Notes: generated by a model not told the origin, from the letters alone. A stretch of DNA of 64,000 nt from Phallusia mammillata (GCA_965637545.1 OZ281496.1:27776001-27840000), one strand, 5' to 3'; positions 33,836 through 48,112 are shown, counted from the first letter of the stretch. Numbers and translations are program-made.

Positions 33836-34523
33836 TGCAGAAACGGTTTGGTAAGTTTGGTGTGCAAACAAGTGTCGCAGATTAATTTGTTATTCGCAAT
33901 AAAGAGTTTTGTTTTAGTGCCTTTACCTAAATTGCTAACTAATGCCGAAATGTATTGCGCACTATATTGTAGTACAGTGTACGGTCTACCAAACCGATAT
34001 CAACTTTTACTAGAAGTAAAAACAGAATTAGTGGCATATAAAAGGTTATGTTCATTTACCGTTTCTTTGTAACTAAGTTTTCAACACGATAATATATCTT
34101 GAGGTAATGTGTGACACCAACAACAGTAAGAAAAAGTTGCACCACCTTAACCCCAAAGGAATTACCCCCTAAAGCGATTTAACAATCCGACAAGTCTACG
34201 AACTTGTTGTACACGTCTGTATTGTTGTGTTATACCAACAATCATTTCAGCATTTTTTTGCAGACAATAGATAGTTGTAACAACAACCTACAGCGACGGG
34301 ATCACGTACATCAGAGCGCGAATGTCTGCTTGTCAAGAAACTCCCAAGTCATGCCCCTCCCACTGAGGATAAACGGACACAATTGGGCCAAACTACACAT
34401 AGACGAAATACGAAATGGAAAGAATGACATGTCCCAATGCACGAACTGTTTTAAGACTGTTATACATTTTTTTACATTAAAATGATATAAAAGCACTGCA
34501 AAATTTTTTGTTAACCTCCATAG

Positions 34524-34735
34524 CAGGGGTCGGTACTGCGAACCGCTTTTGAAACTGCAATTTTATCGCGGACCGGACTTCAAAAAACTACAATAATATT
34601 TAGCAATGGAAACGCCTAAATTAGTAAAATGAAAAACGACCACTTTTGAAGCATTTTAACTGAAAAATTATACGGCCCGGCAACGAACTCGTCGCCGACC
34701 GTACCAGACCGCGGCACGGCGGTTGCCGACCACTG
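34524..34735. mobile_element. hAT-type MITE
   Basis: TIRs CAGGGGTCGG / rc CAGTGGTCGG; no clear target-site duplication (TSD). Confidence 0.5.
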
Positions 34736-35250
34736 CTTTTTATAGAAATACTCGTTTGATCGCAAATACAGTGTAAAATAAGTTTGAGTTGCTAAAATGT
34801 TGAAATTTGTTTGTTTAAGTTGCCATTTTTGAAATTCATTTAATAAGGCCTATCGTTTAATTGTTTATTTTTTTTCGGTTTTATAGTGTAATGTTGAATG
34901 CCTTGTGCTATGAACCGTCGCCTGCTGCTCTTGGAATATAGTTTATCGCATGCGATTGCAACGCAACTGCGTTGCAACGCAACTGAGCATCTTAACTGTT
35001 GTCCTCTTAACTGTTGCTTAAATAACTCAACAGGTCACGTTTTTACGTCAGTATGCAAACAACTGTCTTGAAGGGCTGTTGTTTGACATTGCAACCCTTG
35101 TATACAATAGTCTATAGTCTCATCGTCTAATGATATAAATCTAATCATGACATTGTCGTTGATTAAAACAATTTGATTGCCTTTCATTGGTAGCCGATTG
35201 CCCTAATTGTATAATTTTCGTTACGAGTAGTTACTAAAAATGTGACCAAA

Positions 35251-38200
35251 TTATGTTGAATTAAAGACAAATACAATGATTGCAGTGCAGAACGACAAAG
35301 CTTTGTGTGGTAGAATGCGTAACGCAACGTTATCCAAAGTCCCAATAAGGACATCCAACGAGCCATTGTTAGGAGCTGGCTGCAAACCCAGCAAATGACA
35401 CATCAACGGATAAACATGAATTGACTCAAAACCGTCGACAATGTAGTTTTTCTGCGCATAAAGTGTGAATGAGTTGAGTTGAGTTAAGTTGAGGTTATTT
35501 TGCTTGGTGGAAGACAACATAGCGACACAATTGCACTAAAATAATTACCAAGCCGGAAATAGCTGCAAACGTTGAAACGTTATGGAGCGCATTAAAGTGA
35601 GGGCACAATTGATGGATGGGGGCCAAACGCGCTGCAGCTACACCGTCATTACAAGACGTTAAGTGACTGGGGCTCACAAAAAAGTGAGGTTGGCGCATTG
35701 CGAGTAAAAACGACTGGGGGTGGGACGTTGGTGGAACCAGTCGAGGGGGCCCTATAAACTAACTACCCGTGTTAGGAAAAGATTGGCATATTGTGTTGAT
35801 GCTACATGGCTTAATCAAGGGACAATTAAAGAAATTAAATTTAATAGCAGTTTAGCTTGTTCGTTTGTTGTCCAAAAGTATTCTCACCCAATGCCAATAA
35901 AATGAACATTGCCCACACGACGACACACGATTGCACGCGCAATCAAATGCGCAACTGTTTAAAAAAGTGTTTAACCCATCATACTGCAGCCATGAAGTGG
36001 CGCAAAAGAGAGGGTTTCGTTTTAGCATGTAAACTATCACGTACATAGCATTTAACTTGGGACGTTTTTCACACGGGTGGCGGATTTAGATATTTATTGT
36101 TGTAGGTGATTAACAAACATTAATGATGTCCTTAAAATAAAAGGATTTTTTTAGCTACTTAAAGAAAAACGCGTTATTTTTAGGTTCCGATTTCCAAGTT
36201 TGGGTGATTCCTAACAAGCAAAATTTATTCAGACAGAACACTTGGGGATTCTGGGATTAATATCAATGGTTTTAGTTTACTTAAACGTTGAGAATTTGAT
36301 TGGAGTTATATGACAGACACTAGGGCATGTCGCTTTACAAGGACCGCTATCGTAACGTTTAAGATTGAGGAAATAATGGGCGCGATTGAAGTGCCAGTGG
36401 TGGAGATTACTTAAATTGAGTCAAAATACACACCTTGAAAGATGGACCAATACTGAAATAGGAAGCTCTCATGTTGACCACGTCGTTGTCATAACCGTGT
36501 TCTCCATGATTTATTGTGATAGGAATGTCTTGCTGTAATAATAATTCTCAGTAAAAACTTCTTACATTGTTTAAAGGCGCAAAACAGATCTTTGATTCGA
36601 TAATGATTTACACGTGCATTTTCAATAAGTAAGCAGCAAACAGTGCCCACTGTTTCGATACGTAAAGCATCAACAGACACTGGGCCATATAGGCTGGTGT
36701 AGTTATATGGATAACAATTCTTACAAAAACAACTTTAAAAGTTAGAAATAAGCAGAATGAAAACAATTTCAAGATTTTGTCTATTATTCACTTGCGTAGC
36801 GGTTCCGAAATAGAGCATAATTAATTATCGAAATACAACAAAATCATACAAAGAACCAAAAGTGTTGTTAGTTGTTTCGAAATAGAAGTCAAAATTTACC
36901 GGATATGTGACGTATCCCGCATCCGCTACAACGACAATTGACGTCACACGATCATTGTTCTTGTAATGCCACCTTTCCAGTAGATCTTCTTTCTTAAAAA
37001 CTCGCATTGACTCATTGACTTCAGCATCTGTAATTGTGATGTTAATGTGTTAGAATAAGTAAACTTGAAATTCACACCCCGGGCAAGTGAGAGTTTTTAG
37101 GCTCTTTTTTAAGCTCAATCGCATATTTGCTACACTTTTAACCAGAGTTGCATGTTAAACCGCGACTTTCGGATCTGGTTGGCGGTTAGTTTGGAATAAA
37201 ACAAATGTGGTTCGGCCTGACTTCCCACTTGGTACAACTTGTACCAGCTTTTGAGGCCCATAGTTGCCTTTTTACATAAAAAAACAAACAAACTGGTTCG
37301 TGTCGAGTTTCGGGTTTGTACCTGCGGGGTATGAGTCGGGCTCAGGGCCCAATTTGTAATTTTGTAAGCCGCTTACAACTTTGCCTCAAATAACAGTATT
37401 GTTTTCGAAAACAAGTGGTTTTTGTTTTGGAATCGTATAACCAGCGTTCGATAACCGTTTTGCAGACACTATAAAGCAGAGGTTTAATGTTAAAACTATG
37501 TAAAGACCCTAGTGGTTTTAAGTAACTGACAATGCCACAAATCTTTTTTAGTAAAGTACGTTTACACATTAGCCGCTGGAACGATGACCCCCCATCTTTA
37601 TTATTAAAAAAGACAATTCTTCGATTTAGTAGATAACAAGTTTGTTGTCATACCTTTTAGCCGTTTGTAGACCATTTCAAGTCTTCCTTTTTTAGGTTCA
37701 ATTAGGGCCAAAGGAGCGTAAGTGAACATAAAGTCAACGTTCATCATGCTCACGTAGTCAAGCAATGCAATCTGTTCGTTCGTGGTGCCTTCCTCAGCAA
37801 AGACGGGCTGAAATCCATGGTCGCTTCAAGACAAAAGAATGGAGATGGGTGTAATAATGAATGCTTTAGTACAGGGGTAGGCAATCCCTAGAGTCAAACT
37901 CTACATTTGGCCTCTGGTAGTACATTATCTTGTATCGCTTTACAACACTTGCTTTTAAATTAGTTTTGTAAAAAAATATGAAGCAAAATAGTTTTAGTAG
38001 TGCCCGCTCATCAGAATAAGTGTTTTATCAAACATACACGTAGCAGTATATTTAGACTGTTTCATGAAGAACAGGTACAAAACATAAATCATTTCTTTAA
38101 AAACAGAAATATATATTTCGCCTTGAATACACAGGCATCATCAGTTTCTTATTCAAATAGAAAAGTTTTTCATATACGTGGCAGCATAGAGTTTATACCC

Positions 38201-41200
38201 AAAGCAACAAGTCGTACATCCCTACATAAGACACAGGCGGCAAAGCGACCCAGTTGCATGAACTATACCTTACAAATATGATGTTGAGGTCATCAGTCAA
38301 TCCAAACTCCTCAACTTTATCCAACAAGTAAACGATCGTTCGGCTGACCAAGGGTAAAACTACTTCAGTGATGTCTGGACTGTCAGGTCCAACATTGTGG
38401 CTTGTTACGTCAGGCTGGTGAAACAACAAAAACATGCTGTAGTTGTTTATTACAGACTTTATAGGCATGGTTTCAAAGCATATGCAAATAGGTTAATACT
38501 TATGTCATTGGAAATATAGCCCATTTAAAAAATATGTTGTCACGAAACTTATACGAATCATAAAAAACTTAAAATGCTTCATATGTATTTACACGTTTAT
38601 TTATCATACAGTCTAACATAGTTTAAGATAAATCGCGAGTCCCGGAAAGACTTATGTTCAAATCCCATCACAGGATAGATGTTCTTTTTTTAATCTATGC
38701 CTTACCATTTGGGATGCTTGGTGATCGGCTGATTGCGTATGACGCTTTTAATGGGCCTAACGTACTGTGATTTATATTTGAGCGTGCCCTGATCACTGGT
38801 TTTGGAGTTGTATGTCGGGCCGGGTTCGGGCTTAGGTTTCTTCAAAGAAACGAGCCTGATTCGGGCCTGACTTTACACTCTGTGTCAGTATTTAAAAAAA
38901 TATATATATTCAACTAGCTAAGTAGCCGGTTGCTGCACCTGACCTAATGTCAAACAGCCCTAAAACGTTTTGTTCAAGACTAATTGTTATTGTTAGGTAT
39001 AGTGTTTGTTGTCTTGGTCTTTCCGGGTGCTTCAATGCATAGACATGTCAATCAAACTTTCGGGCATAAACGGGCTTCTAAAAACAATTTGGTTTCGGGC
39101 TTGTACTTTCGGGTTCGGGCTCCAATTTTAGGCCCGTTTACAATTCCGGCTGGTATGCATAGACGCTTCAGGGGTGATCCCAGTATCGAATTTCTGTTCA
39201 ACTTAGTTTAAAGATAAGTACGTCTACATTCAGAAAACATACCTCTTCAAAATACAGGGCTACCATGTCAAGGCTTTCTTCAGTAAACCATCTCATAGTC
39301 TCGTCAATTCTTTCATGCCAAGCATCCTCATCCGTTGGGGTTCTAGCAGTTTCTAGCACTTGTTTTGTGGCTCCCACGCCGCTCATGTTGGCAGCACTAC
39401 CAGGAAATAAATTGCCACCACTACGAAGTCCCTGTGTAATGTCAAGTGGTAGAATGAAATTCAAATGTAATCTCAGTAGTTTAAAGGAAGCCCCGAATGC
39501 CTGACGGTACATTGAAAATCACATATGATTGGACATTAGATATTCTACTGAAAATACTATACTAGTTTATTATACGGTTTATCCTACGTTATTCTGTTTA
39601 TTTTCTACGTTATTCTGGGTGTGGAAACTCAAACCTCAGTGAACAAATGTACGACACTGGATGTCAGAAAATCACCAATATTGATATCAGCAAAACAATT
39701 ATCAAACAGTTTAAACATTTTGAACAATGTATGTCGAAACGACGGATTTCATCGCGGAACGATTATCACCACATACTTGGTACCTGTAAACACGTATGAC
39801 GTAATTGTGGGCGTCAACTTGCATCACAGATTAAACACACGCACCACAATTTATCCTAACTCGTCAAATCAAACTTGCGTTTTGTGCCAAAGTCCATCAA
39901 GCAGCAGACTTACTTGATTGACAGCTGTGATCCATATCGGCTCAGCCCCGTTGTCCCACCATTCGTTCACAGCTAATGTTGAGTAAAAGTTAGAACGTGA
40001 CCACAAACCAGTCTGATTCTTGTCGTAGTTGCAATTGTGAACAACGCCATGCGATTCAGGGTACAGACCTGATGAAAACAAATTGATACAGTTCGTGCCG
40101 GTGATTGTACTGCTTGAGCTTAAGCGGCAGTAACAAACGTTTCCTAATTGCAAGAAAATAAAGTCTAGTTTGAAATGAAATCAACCTTACACTAGCAGTT
40201 TTCTCGGTGATTACTTTTCTCTACATCAATATAATCTAAAACCCAGTGCATAAAATCCTATGCCAATACTGTGTTGGTTCTGTTTGGCCTGGGATTGCAA
40301 GAAGAACACTTGCAGGAAATAAACCAAACCCAATGCGACAACTCAACACAAAAGCCTAGAAGCACGCCTACTGTTGCAAAATGGCTTAGTATTGGGCGGC
40401 GCAAATTTGTTTAAACCACCGAGACCACAAACCTAGAGGTATGGTAGCCTGCAGCTAACATTTTGGGCCAATCAGTACGGAAGGCAGAAACGTCAAAACA
40501 AGAGGTGATTTTGTGAGAGCCTGAATGCCAATTAAAGTGGCAAGTGTCACGTCCATCAGCACAAACCATAGTTCTACAGGCAACGACAATGTATACCAAA
40601 AATGTGCCCCAAATCGACCAACAGACAACCAGAGTGAGAATCAAAATTAATGCAAAACAGTTGATGAACAAAACATTTGGCCACAATACAAACTCTGAGT
40701 CTTTACATGTAACTGTTTGCTATCTTACCTGTGGCTATTGTAAAATGGCAAGGAGAGGTCTGTGTCGGAAAAGGTGGCTTTAAGTACTTCGCTCTCACAC
40801 CATTATTAGTTAGACGTTTGAAACCTTCAAGTTCTGGAACCTTGTCCACATAATCCCATCTACAATCAGCCAATTAACAATGCAGTTTTACGAACATAGC
40901 TTAGTTTTTGAAGATTTAAGAACATAGTATAGTTTACAAGCCAAAATAATTCTGAAGAATTATGCATAAAAATCTATGGACTGCGAAGTCCGTAAAATTT
41001 AATGCAAAGATATTTATACATATAACATGGTACGTTTACTATAAATTTATATCTTCGGTGGTGTTATTGATGGTTAACAGACATGGTAGCATGCACCCGA
41101 TTAACCTTCAATAACATTTCAAAAATCACTTTATAGTGAGCGTTTTAAAGCGATACGGATACGGTGCAATGATCTTTAAAAAATGAAATAAACAAACTGA

Positions 41201-41388
41201 CAATACAACACTTATTTCATATTCAAAATCAAAGCTCTTGAGCACAAAATTAGCACTTCTGTGCTTACTTAAATTACGCACCTCAGGCCGTCAAATGACA
41301 CCAGTAAGAGTTTGTGATGGCCATCGTTGACCGAGCCATACGATTCACACAAAAACAGAACAACAAAAAGAAGTACAATCCACTCCAT
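35251..41388 (-). CDS. ENPP7: Ectonucleotide pyrophosphatase/phosphodiesterase, ENPP7-like (copy A, 441 aa, probable GPI/TM tail)
   Basis: Exons 41282-41388, 40729-40859, 39914-40068, 39243-39431, 38269-38414, 37654-37823, 36900-37027, 36434-36532 and 35251-35451. Motifs [40 protein letters not shown] and HGYDN are intact. Confidence 0.9.
38814..39155. repeat. Dispersed GC-rich CCCGAACCCG-type repeat (probable MITE relic)
   Basis: (T)TCGGG(C/T) motifs are clustered here; related patches occur at ~29395-29460, 37140-37380 and 58860-58995. Confidence 0.4.
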
Positions 41389-42149
41389 GCTACTGCTTTA
41401 AAAGTCTTTATTGTCAAACATAACGTACATAGGGTGCCGACAACGTACATGCATTGTGGTTAAACAACCGTGTGTTAATTATTATCTTGAAAGGTGCGAT
41501 AGCAATACGGACTAGACGACGTGAATACTAAGTGCTCTGTATGTATGAACAGGCTATCTAAACTTGTTTGTTTTTACATACATGTACAAAACCAAATCCC
41601 GCCTCATTGAAAACAAAGTTAAAGGTACTCATGTCTCTACGCGGTTTTAGGTTCAAAAAAATAATATGATTAAAAGTATTTTGGAATGGGAAAACAACGT
41701 ATTACTTCTTTATCGGGTAATTACTTCTAGATCACTACTTTTTACGTTTATAGGGAAGTCAAAAGTTTTTAAATGATATTATCTGTTTATATTTCTACAA
41801 TGCATTGCCAGGTTACCTCCAGAAGGCACAAACAGCAACCCTAATATAGTGTTTAAATTACATAAAAACTGTGTTTAATTTTTTTGAAAAGAGTGTACAT
41901 GAGGCATATGCTATTCTGTTTGAAAAAAACACAGTTTGTTGTTACTACTTCCCAGGAGTACATAAGGAACGGTTGGGAATTATGTTGACATAGCTTTACG
42001 AAAACACAAGGTCAGGTGTCATGATTCACTAAATTGGATCGGAAAATCTAAATAAGTACAGGGAAGGGGCGGCCAAAGATGCCTTCCATTCTCTAGTATA
42101 TTTGTGACAACACGAAAACATACAAATATGTGTAGCAAAGATTGAGACT

Positions 42150-45100
42150 TTACAAAGAAATGTGCAACAAAATCGTTGTCACGGCAACAACAAGCACAGC
42201 AAATCGTGGCCTTACAGACTTGGCTGAGTTCCTCAGTGATCCTATAAGAACATCAAGCGAACCATTATTGGGAGCTGGCTGAAGATCAAGAAGGTGACAC
42301 ATTAGCGGATAGACGTGAATTGATTCGAACTCCTTGATCACGTGGCCTTGCTGGAGAGATGTGATTGGTCGGTTATTAAGCAGTTTTAATATTTTAAATG
42401 TGAAAATAGTTAAGTGGTTTTTAAGCGAGTTAAGAATTAGATATTTAAATATGATTGGATGGTAATTCATTTAGCAGGCTAAGAAAGCAGTTACGTGTTA
42501 TAGAGTCGAATTTGATTGATTGGTTATTATGTAGTTTTGGAATCAGCGATTAGGATGTAATTGGCCGGGTTTCAAAGGAGATAAGAGTTATGCATTTAAA
42601 TGTGATTAGTTGGTTATTAGGTAGTTGTTTTAAAATTATTAAATGGACAGTGATTGGAAAGACGTACAAGGCGACCGACCTTGAAAGATGGACCAATTCC
42701 AAAGAAAGAAGCTCTCATGTTTACTTGGTTATTGTCGTAACCATGGTCACCAGCATTTACGTGAAATCCAGGGAATATCTGCTCGTTTAAAGTTAGTGGT
42801 GTTAAAGTAATAGGGAAAAGATGGAGAGGTAGTTGTTTAGAGCTTGAAAGACAGGTAATAAAGGCAGCTTCCATAAAGTTGCGAACTAATAATAAGAAAC
42901 TTTTGTTTACTTGGATGTATATCAAATAAAACGCCCAACGTGGAGTGAAGCAAAGTCATTGCGGTAAATTTAACCACTAAACAAATAAACAAACTAAACG
43001 TTGTAGATTTCTTGTGTGTGATTATTATGAAAAAGACTTGTCACAAATTTTTGATGTACGCCATTTTAGCAAAGAAGCACATAATTTTACCGGGTACGTG
43101 TCCAGACCAGGATCAGCCACCACAACGATAGAAGTAACTCTGTCATTGTTCTTGTAATGCCATCTTTCTGGAAGGTCTTCTTTCTTGTAAACCACCATAC
43201 GGCTGTTGCCAGCTAATCAAAAATCGCAAGTACCCACATAGTTAGGTGGACTTGTGTTAGCACAGTAAATAAATGTGAATTAGGAAGCTAGGCCAATTCC
43301 AAGGCGCACTATTTTCTAAAGTTTAACGAGTGATATTGTAAAACATGTGATCAGAAACACGTTTGCATATTAGCAAGTTAAAAAGTAACAAGTCTTTACA
43401 TTAAAATGCCAAATAAAACACTACCAAATCCGTTGTGTATTCAGGAACACTATATACACGGACTTCAAAAGTAATTTCATCATAAACATAACTGCCAAAG
43501 TACTGGTGTATATAGAGTTCATCATGCAGACGTTTCAACAATATCTGTTGTCATCATCGGTGCAGGTTGTGTATTCGTATTTTAACATTTACGCAACACT
43601 TTAATGTACCTGTTAAGTTGTTATAGACCTCCTCAACATGGCCATCGAAAGGTTCAATTAGCGCCAAAGGTCCGTATGCAAACATAAAATTGACCTGGGA
43701 CATGTTGACGTACCTCATCAAGGAGATTGCATCATCACCTTTAATTGTTTTATCAACAGTTTGGAAGCCATGATCGCTGCAGAAAAATATATTTTTGATA
43801 AACTTTTACACACAGTTGTCAACACTCCGCAAAACCTAATTCTACTACATATATATTGCAACACGAACAGCACAGATTGATTTAGGTGCACTGAAATCTT
43901 CATATTACTAAGTCGAATTCTACTACATATAACAACTGTGCATACACGGAAATCGTCCTAAACCACGACGCGGTCAATACAGACGATGCCAGCGGATAAT
44001 ATATAAATACCAAATTGAAACTTTCAGTACACTGAAATGAGTCTGTGTCATTCTTTATGCAGTGTATTATAAAAAAATAATTATACTAAATTCCAATACA
44101 TAAGCACAAGTAGTAATTTTTTTATCATTAGCAAACCCAAACGGGTGCTTGTTTCGAAAAGTAAGAAGTACCTGATGAATATTATGTTGAGATGATCAGT
44201 TAACCCAAAGATTTCTATCTTGTCAAGCAGATACACGATGGTTCTGCTGACTAAAGGCATCAAAACATCTACGATATCTTTGTCATCGGGTCCAACTCTG
44301 TGACTAGTAATGTCAGGCTGTAATGACATTCAAATTTCTACAATACACTTAATGTTCACGTAATAAGGAAATTAAGGGGCCATATGATTTATGTGGTCGT
44401 GCAAAATACTAGAACCTAAAGCATGCGTTTGATAGATAAGTTACAACATATATTACCACATCCTCGGTTTGTACTGCATTCTAGTTTAATGTTACATAAA
44501 ATGTGAAAAATACTTAAAATTTCGAAAAAAATACATGTTTCTATTGAACTTAACTTTTAATTGGCATTGTATATTCGACTTCGCCTTATTTAATCAAACC
44601 GACACTTGAACAAATTCACTTTACAAGAAAAGTGTACTTTCAACTTCTCAGGCATAAGATAGTTAGCTATTGCTGCCAGGCATAAGAGTATGGCTCTTTC
44701 AGCAGTTTTAATCATAAATAATCGACGTTTTGTTGCAATCGCTGCGGTATAAGAATCTTGTCTTAAAATGTATTCAATTATACTAATAAAGGCGTCTGGT
44801 AAAGAACGTCGAAACGTCGATTATACAAACTGCTGGAAGAGCAATACTGGTTTAGGCATAAAGTAGGTTTGACATCTACAACATGAATACTATTTCCTCT
44901 GTTAGTACTGTATTCTTATGTAAGGATTATTGAAGCTAATAAAACTGTGGACAAACAATTGGCAAGTCATATATTTAACATGTTTTCTTCAAACTAAACT
45001 ATCAATTGGTACGGCTTTGTATCTTCAACCTTACACTCCAGGAATAGTGTCAAATATGCAGCATAATTATAGCAGAAACCTGTTCGAAATAAAGAGCAAC

Positions 45101-46814
45101 CATATCCAGGTTTTCATCTGTAAACCATCTCATTGTCACATCAATCCGCTCGTGCCAAGCTGTTTCGTCTGTTGGTGTGTCTGCCGTTTCCAGAACCTGC
45201 AATGTAGCACCCACGCCGCTCATGTTGGCAGCACTTCCTGGAAATAAGTTACCACCACTCCGAAGGCCCTACAAATGCAAAAATACTGCTAATACCTTTT
45301 AAATTCCGAAATCATAATACGCCAGGCCCATTAAAGGCGTTATACGGAATCAAGTTGGTCTCCCAAGCATTCACATATAACAAGGCACAGACACAAAAAA
45401 TCTAGCCTAATTCTAAACGACCGATTACTCCAAAACGCACATTAGCGGGTAACGTGAGCTACTTCAAATCCATGCAAAAGTTTTGCCAAAAAATCAACAA
45501 ACATGCGATTTTTGTTAACTTGCTGTTTAACAGTTGGTTGCAAATTACTGTAAACGTGAAACTGCTTTAAATCCATGCAAAAATTTGACAGAAAAATCAA
45601 TGTAAATTTGACAGAAAAATCAAAGTTATGTTTTGTGGTAACTTGCCTGTTTAACAGCTGTAATCCATATAGGTTCGGCGCCGTTGTCCCACCACTCGTT
45701 TACGGCTAATGTTGTGTAAAAGTTGGTGCCAGGCCAGAGCCCTCCTTCACTTGCATTATAGTTGCAGTTGTGCACCACGCCATGCGACTCAGGGTATAAA
45801 CCTGTTACAGAAAAATATCATTTATGTTGAGGGCAGTGCATAAGTTCAATTTAGCGGTGCAGCGCCCTTAAACTGGAGTCTTTTAGTACTCCGCATTTTT
45901 GAGCTGCACAATGTTCCAAAGTTACATGGTTATTCCGGCGTGTTAATGGTTGTAGTGTAATTGTTTTTAAAAAAAGGGAAATTCAAGCAGAAATCGAGCG
46001 TCTTGTCCAATATGCACAAATAATGCGAACTAACTACGCAATTTTCAGATATTTTCGCAAACAATACTGTATCAGTATAACTTCTGTTGGAGCATCAGAA
46101 AGCAACATTTCTTGACTCAAAAATGTTAAAACGCTACACATAATGTGTTTAGAGGATATGCTTACACCCTGGCTATACATTTATTTCTGCAAAGCAAAGA
46201 TTGATTCGCTGATAATGTCAAATAAGGAGTTTAAGGCTTTGTATCCACTTTTAGAAAAACAAATTATGTTCATACATTATTTAAATCTGAAATATTGAAA
46301 AACGAAATCGCCTTAACAAACGCAGGGTTTTTTAATGTTACCTGTTGCAACGGAAAAATGATTGGGTGAAGTTTGTGTTGGAAAAACTGGTTGCATATAT
46401 TTTGCCCTCACTCCATTCTCCCTAATGCGTTTGAAACCATCCAGATCGGGCGCCTTATCCATGTAATCAAATCTGCAAAGCACCGAACAACTTTCTAGCC
46501 CTTGTCAACCGCATTTTTTTTTCAATTTACATTCAAATACAAACAACTTTGGAAACAGAATTTAAGTCCAATCCAGTTTTTTACACTCAAAATTTCGCAA
46601 CCTTTTTACCGGTACAAATAACGTTTAGATTTCTTTAAAACAGGTAATTTTCGAGCACAGAAAAATATTTGATGCAATATGCAAATCCTAACCAATACCT
46701 AAATCCGTCAAATGACACAAGCAACAGTTTATGTTGAGTTGCCTTTTCAATGGAAGCTCCACAAGCTGGATAAGCAATAACCAAAACAAAGCCAACAAGA
46801 AGAGCAAAATGCAT
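42150..46814 (-). CDS. ENPP7: Ectonucleotide pyrophosphatase/phosphodiesterase, ENPP7-like (copy B, 441 aa, probable GPI/TM tail)
   Basis: Exons 46699-46814, 46342-46472, 45647-45801 (GC donor), 45080-45268, 44172-44317, 43610-43776, 43091-43212, 42680-42778 and 42150-42350. Motifs [36 protein letters not shown] and HGYDN are present. The ENPP7 name is inferred from paralogy to copy A. Confidence 0.88.
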
Positions 46815-47140
46815 TTCGTTCACACACACAAGAAACAAAACCTAATACAAAACCGTGCTACCAATGGAACGCTTAAAGTTGGTTCGGCAAAAAGCTTCGC
46901 AATCATAAACTTTCGGCTGACGAGAAACTGTTTGCGTTTATCATGTGGTATGTTTGGATAGCCTCGTAGGGTTTGCATAACATTAAATACGTGTTGGTTT
47001 GTGTGCCTGGCATCGCTCTCCTTTGGCACAACAAAGCCGGCTGTAACGCTCATCTGCCAAAATATCATAAATCGAGTTGATCAGGCCCCAAGGCAATAAC
47101 TGTGAGTAGGTCATAGAATAATGTATCACAACAATGTTTA

Positions 47141-47270
47141 ACGGGGTTCGAACCCACGACGCTCCCGAGGAAGAATCGTTGTATATGGGTCGGGCGCTCT
47201 GGACCCTTAGGCCAATTTTTTTCACGGCTTTGACACTCAGGACACTCCCGGGGACGAATCCCGATCAGGG
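47141..47270 (-). mobile_element. tRNA-Leu-like (class II) derived repeat, 1.5 monomers
   Basis: Minus strand TGGCCTAAGGGTCC..GCGCCCGACCCATA..TCCTCGGGAGCGTCGTGGGTTCGAACCCC resembles tRNA-Leu D, variable and T arms; no acceptor stem. Confidence 0.55.
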
Positions 47271-47639
47271 TTCAAATCAAATAAAAAAATCGGTTTACAG
47301 TGCCCTCTAGCAGTTGAAAAAACAAACCACGACCTCCCGTGGGTGACGCTGCATTCAAAACAGCACTTTGATGTATATTTCGTTTTTAATGGCACGCACA
47401 AGTTAGAAACTAAAAAACATGCGTTAAAACATGTGGATGATTAAGATTTTTTATTATGGAAAAATCGATTTTAAAGCCAAGGTTTGAGACCATAAATATA
47501 ACTTTTACAATCTGCCTTTGTCAACAGTTTCTCGACTACGGGCGTTTAACGACGTTTGCAGAAGTCGTATTCTGTTGCGCAAGATCATTTTATGAGAATG
47601 TTATAAAAAGTTTGTTTGTTTCGGGCCTGTTCACAATTA

Positions 47640-47947
47640 TCCCGTTTCCATGGCCGTTGGTCCGATCGGACGATTCCGCTTTTTTCGTCCGCGTTTTAGC
47701 GGACCTCCTCGCAAGGAGGTTCGATCGGAACTTTTTGTTTGTTTGGATTGTTGTTGTCGATGTCTGGTTTCAAACAGTTGTGTGAATGTGTAGTTATTAT
47801 CGAAGCCTTAAAAACTAATTCTAGGATAAAGTTATTAACTTATTGCATGTAATTATTGTTTTCGCCAAAAGTAACGTTTTTGCTGTTCGGCCGATCGGAA
47901 CACAATTTGAAACAAGTCCGATCAGACCGACGGCCATGGAAACGGGA
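47640..47947. mobile_element. Inverted-repeat (MITE-like) element
   Basis: 32-bp inverted repeat TCCCGTTTCCATGGCCGT(T/C)GGTC(C/T)GATCGGAC at ~47640 and ~47916, with internal GATCGGA repeats. Confidence 0.55.
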
Positions 47948-48112
47948 TAAATGACTCCGGCATCGAGGCGCCTGTTTATTAAGTCCGTGGACGCATTTTT
48001 TGTTTGTTTTTGACTTTAATAAGAGAGTTGATAACTTAAAATAGTTCAACCCACCGGTTTCACTGGTTTGGAGCAAAACCACTTAAGTTTCTTGTATAGG
48101 AAAATACAACAG

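Noticed and set aside
33833-34490. Selenocysteine at the TGA
   Set aside because: I could not see a convincing SECIS element by eye; left as a check.
45711-45725. Frameshift in ENPP copy B exon 3
   Set aside because: On recount the exon is 155 nt, the same as copy A, and in frame.
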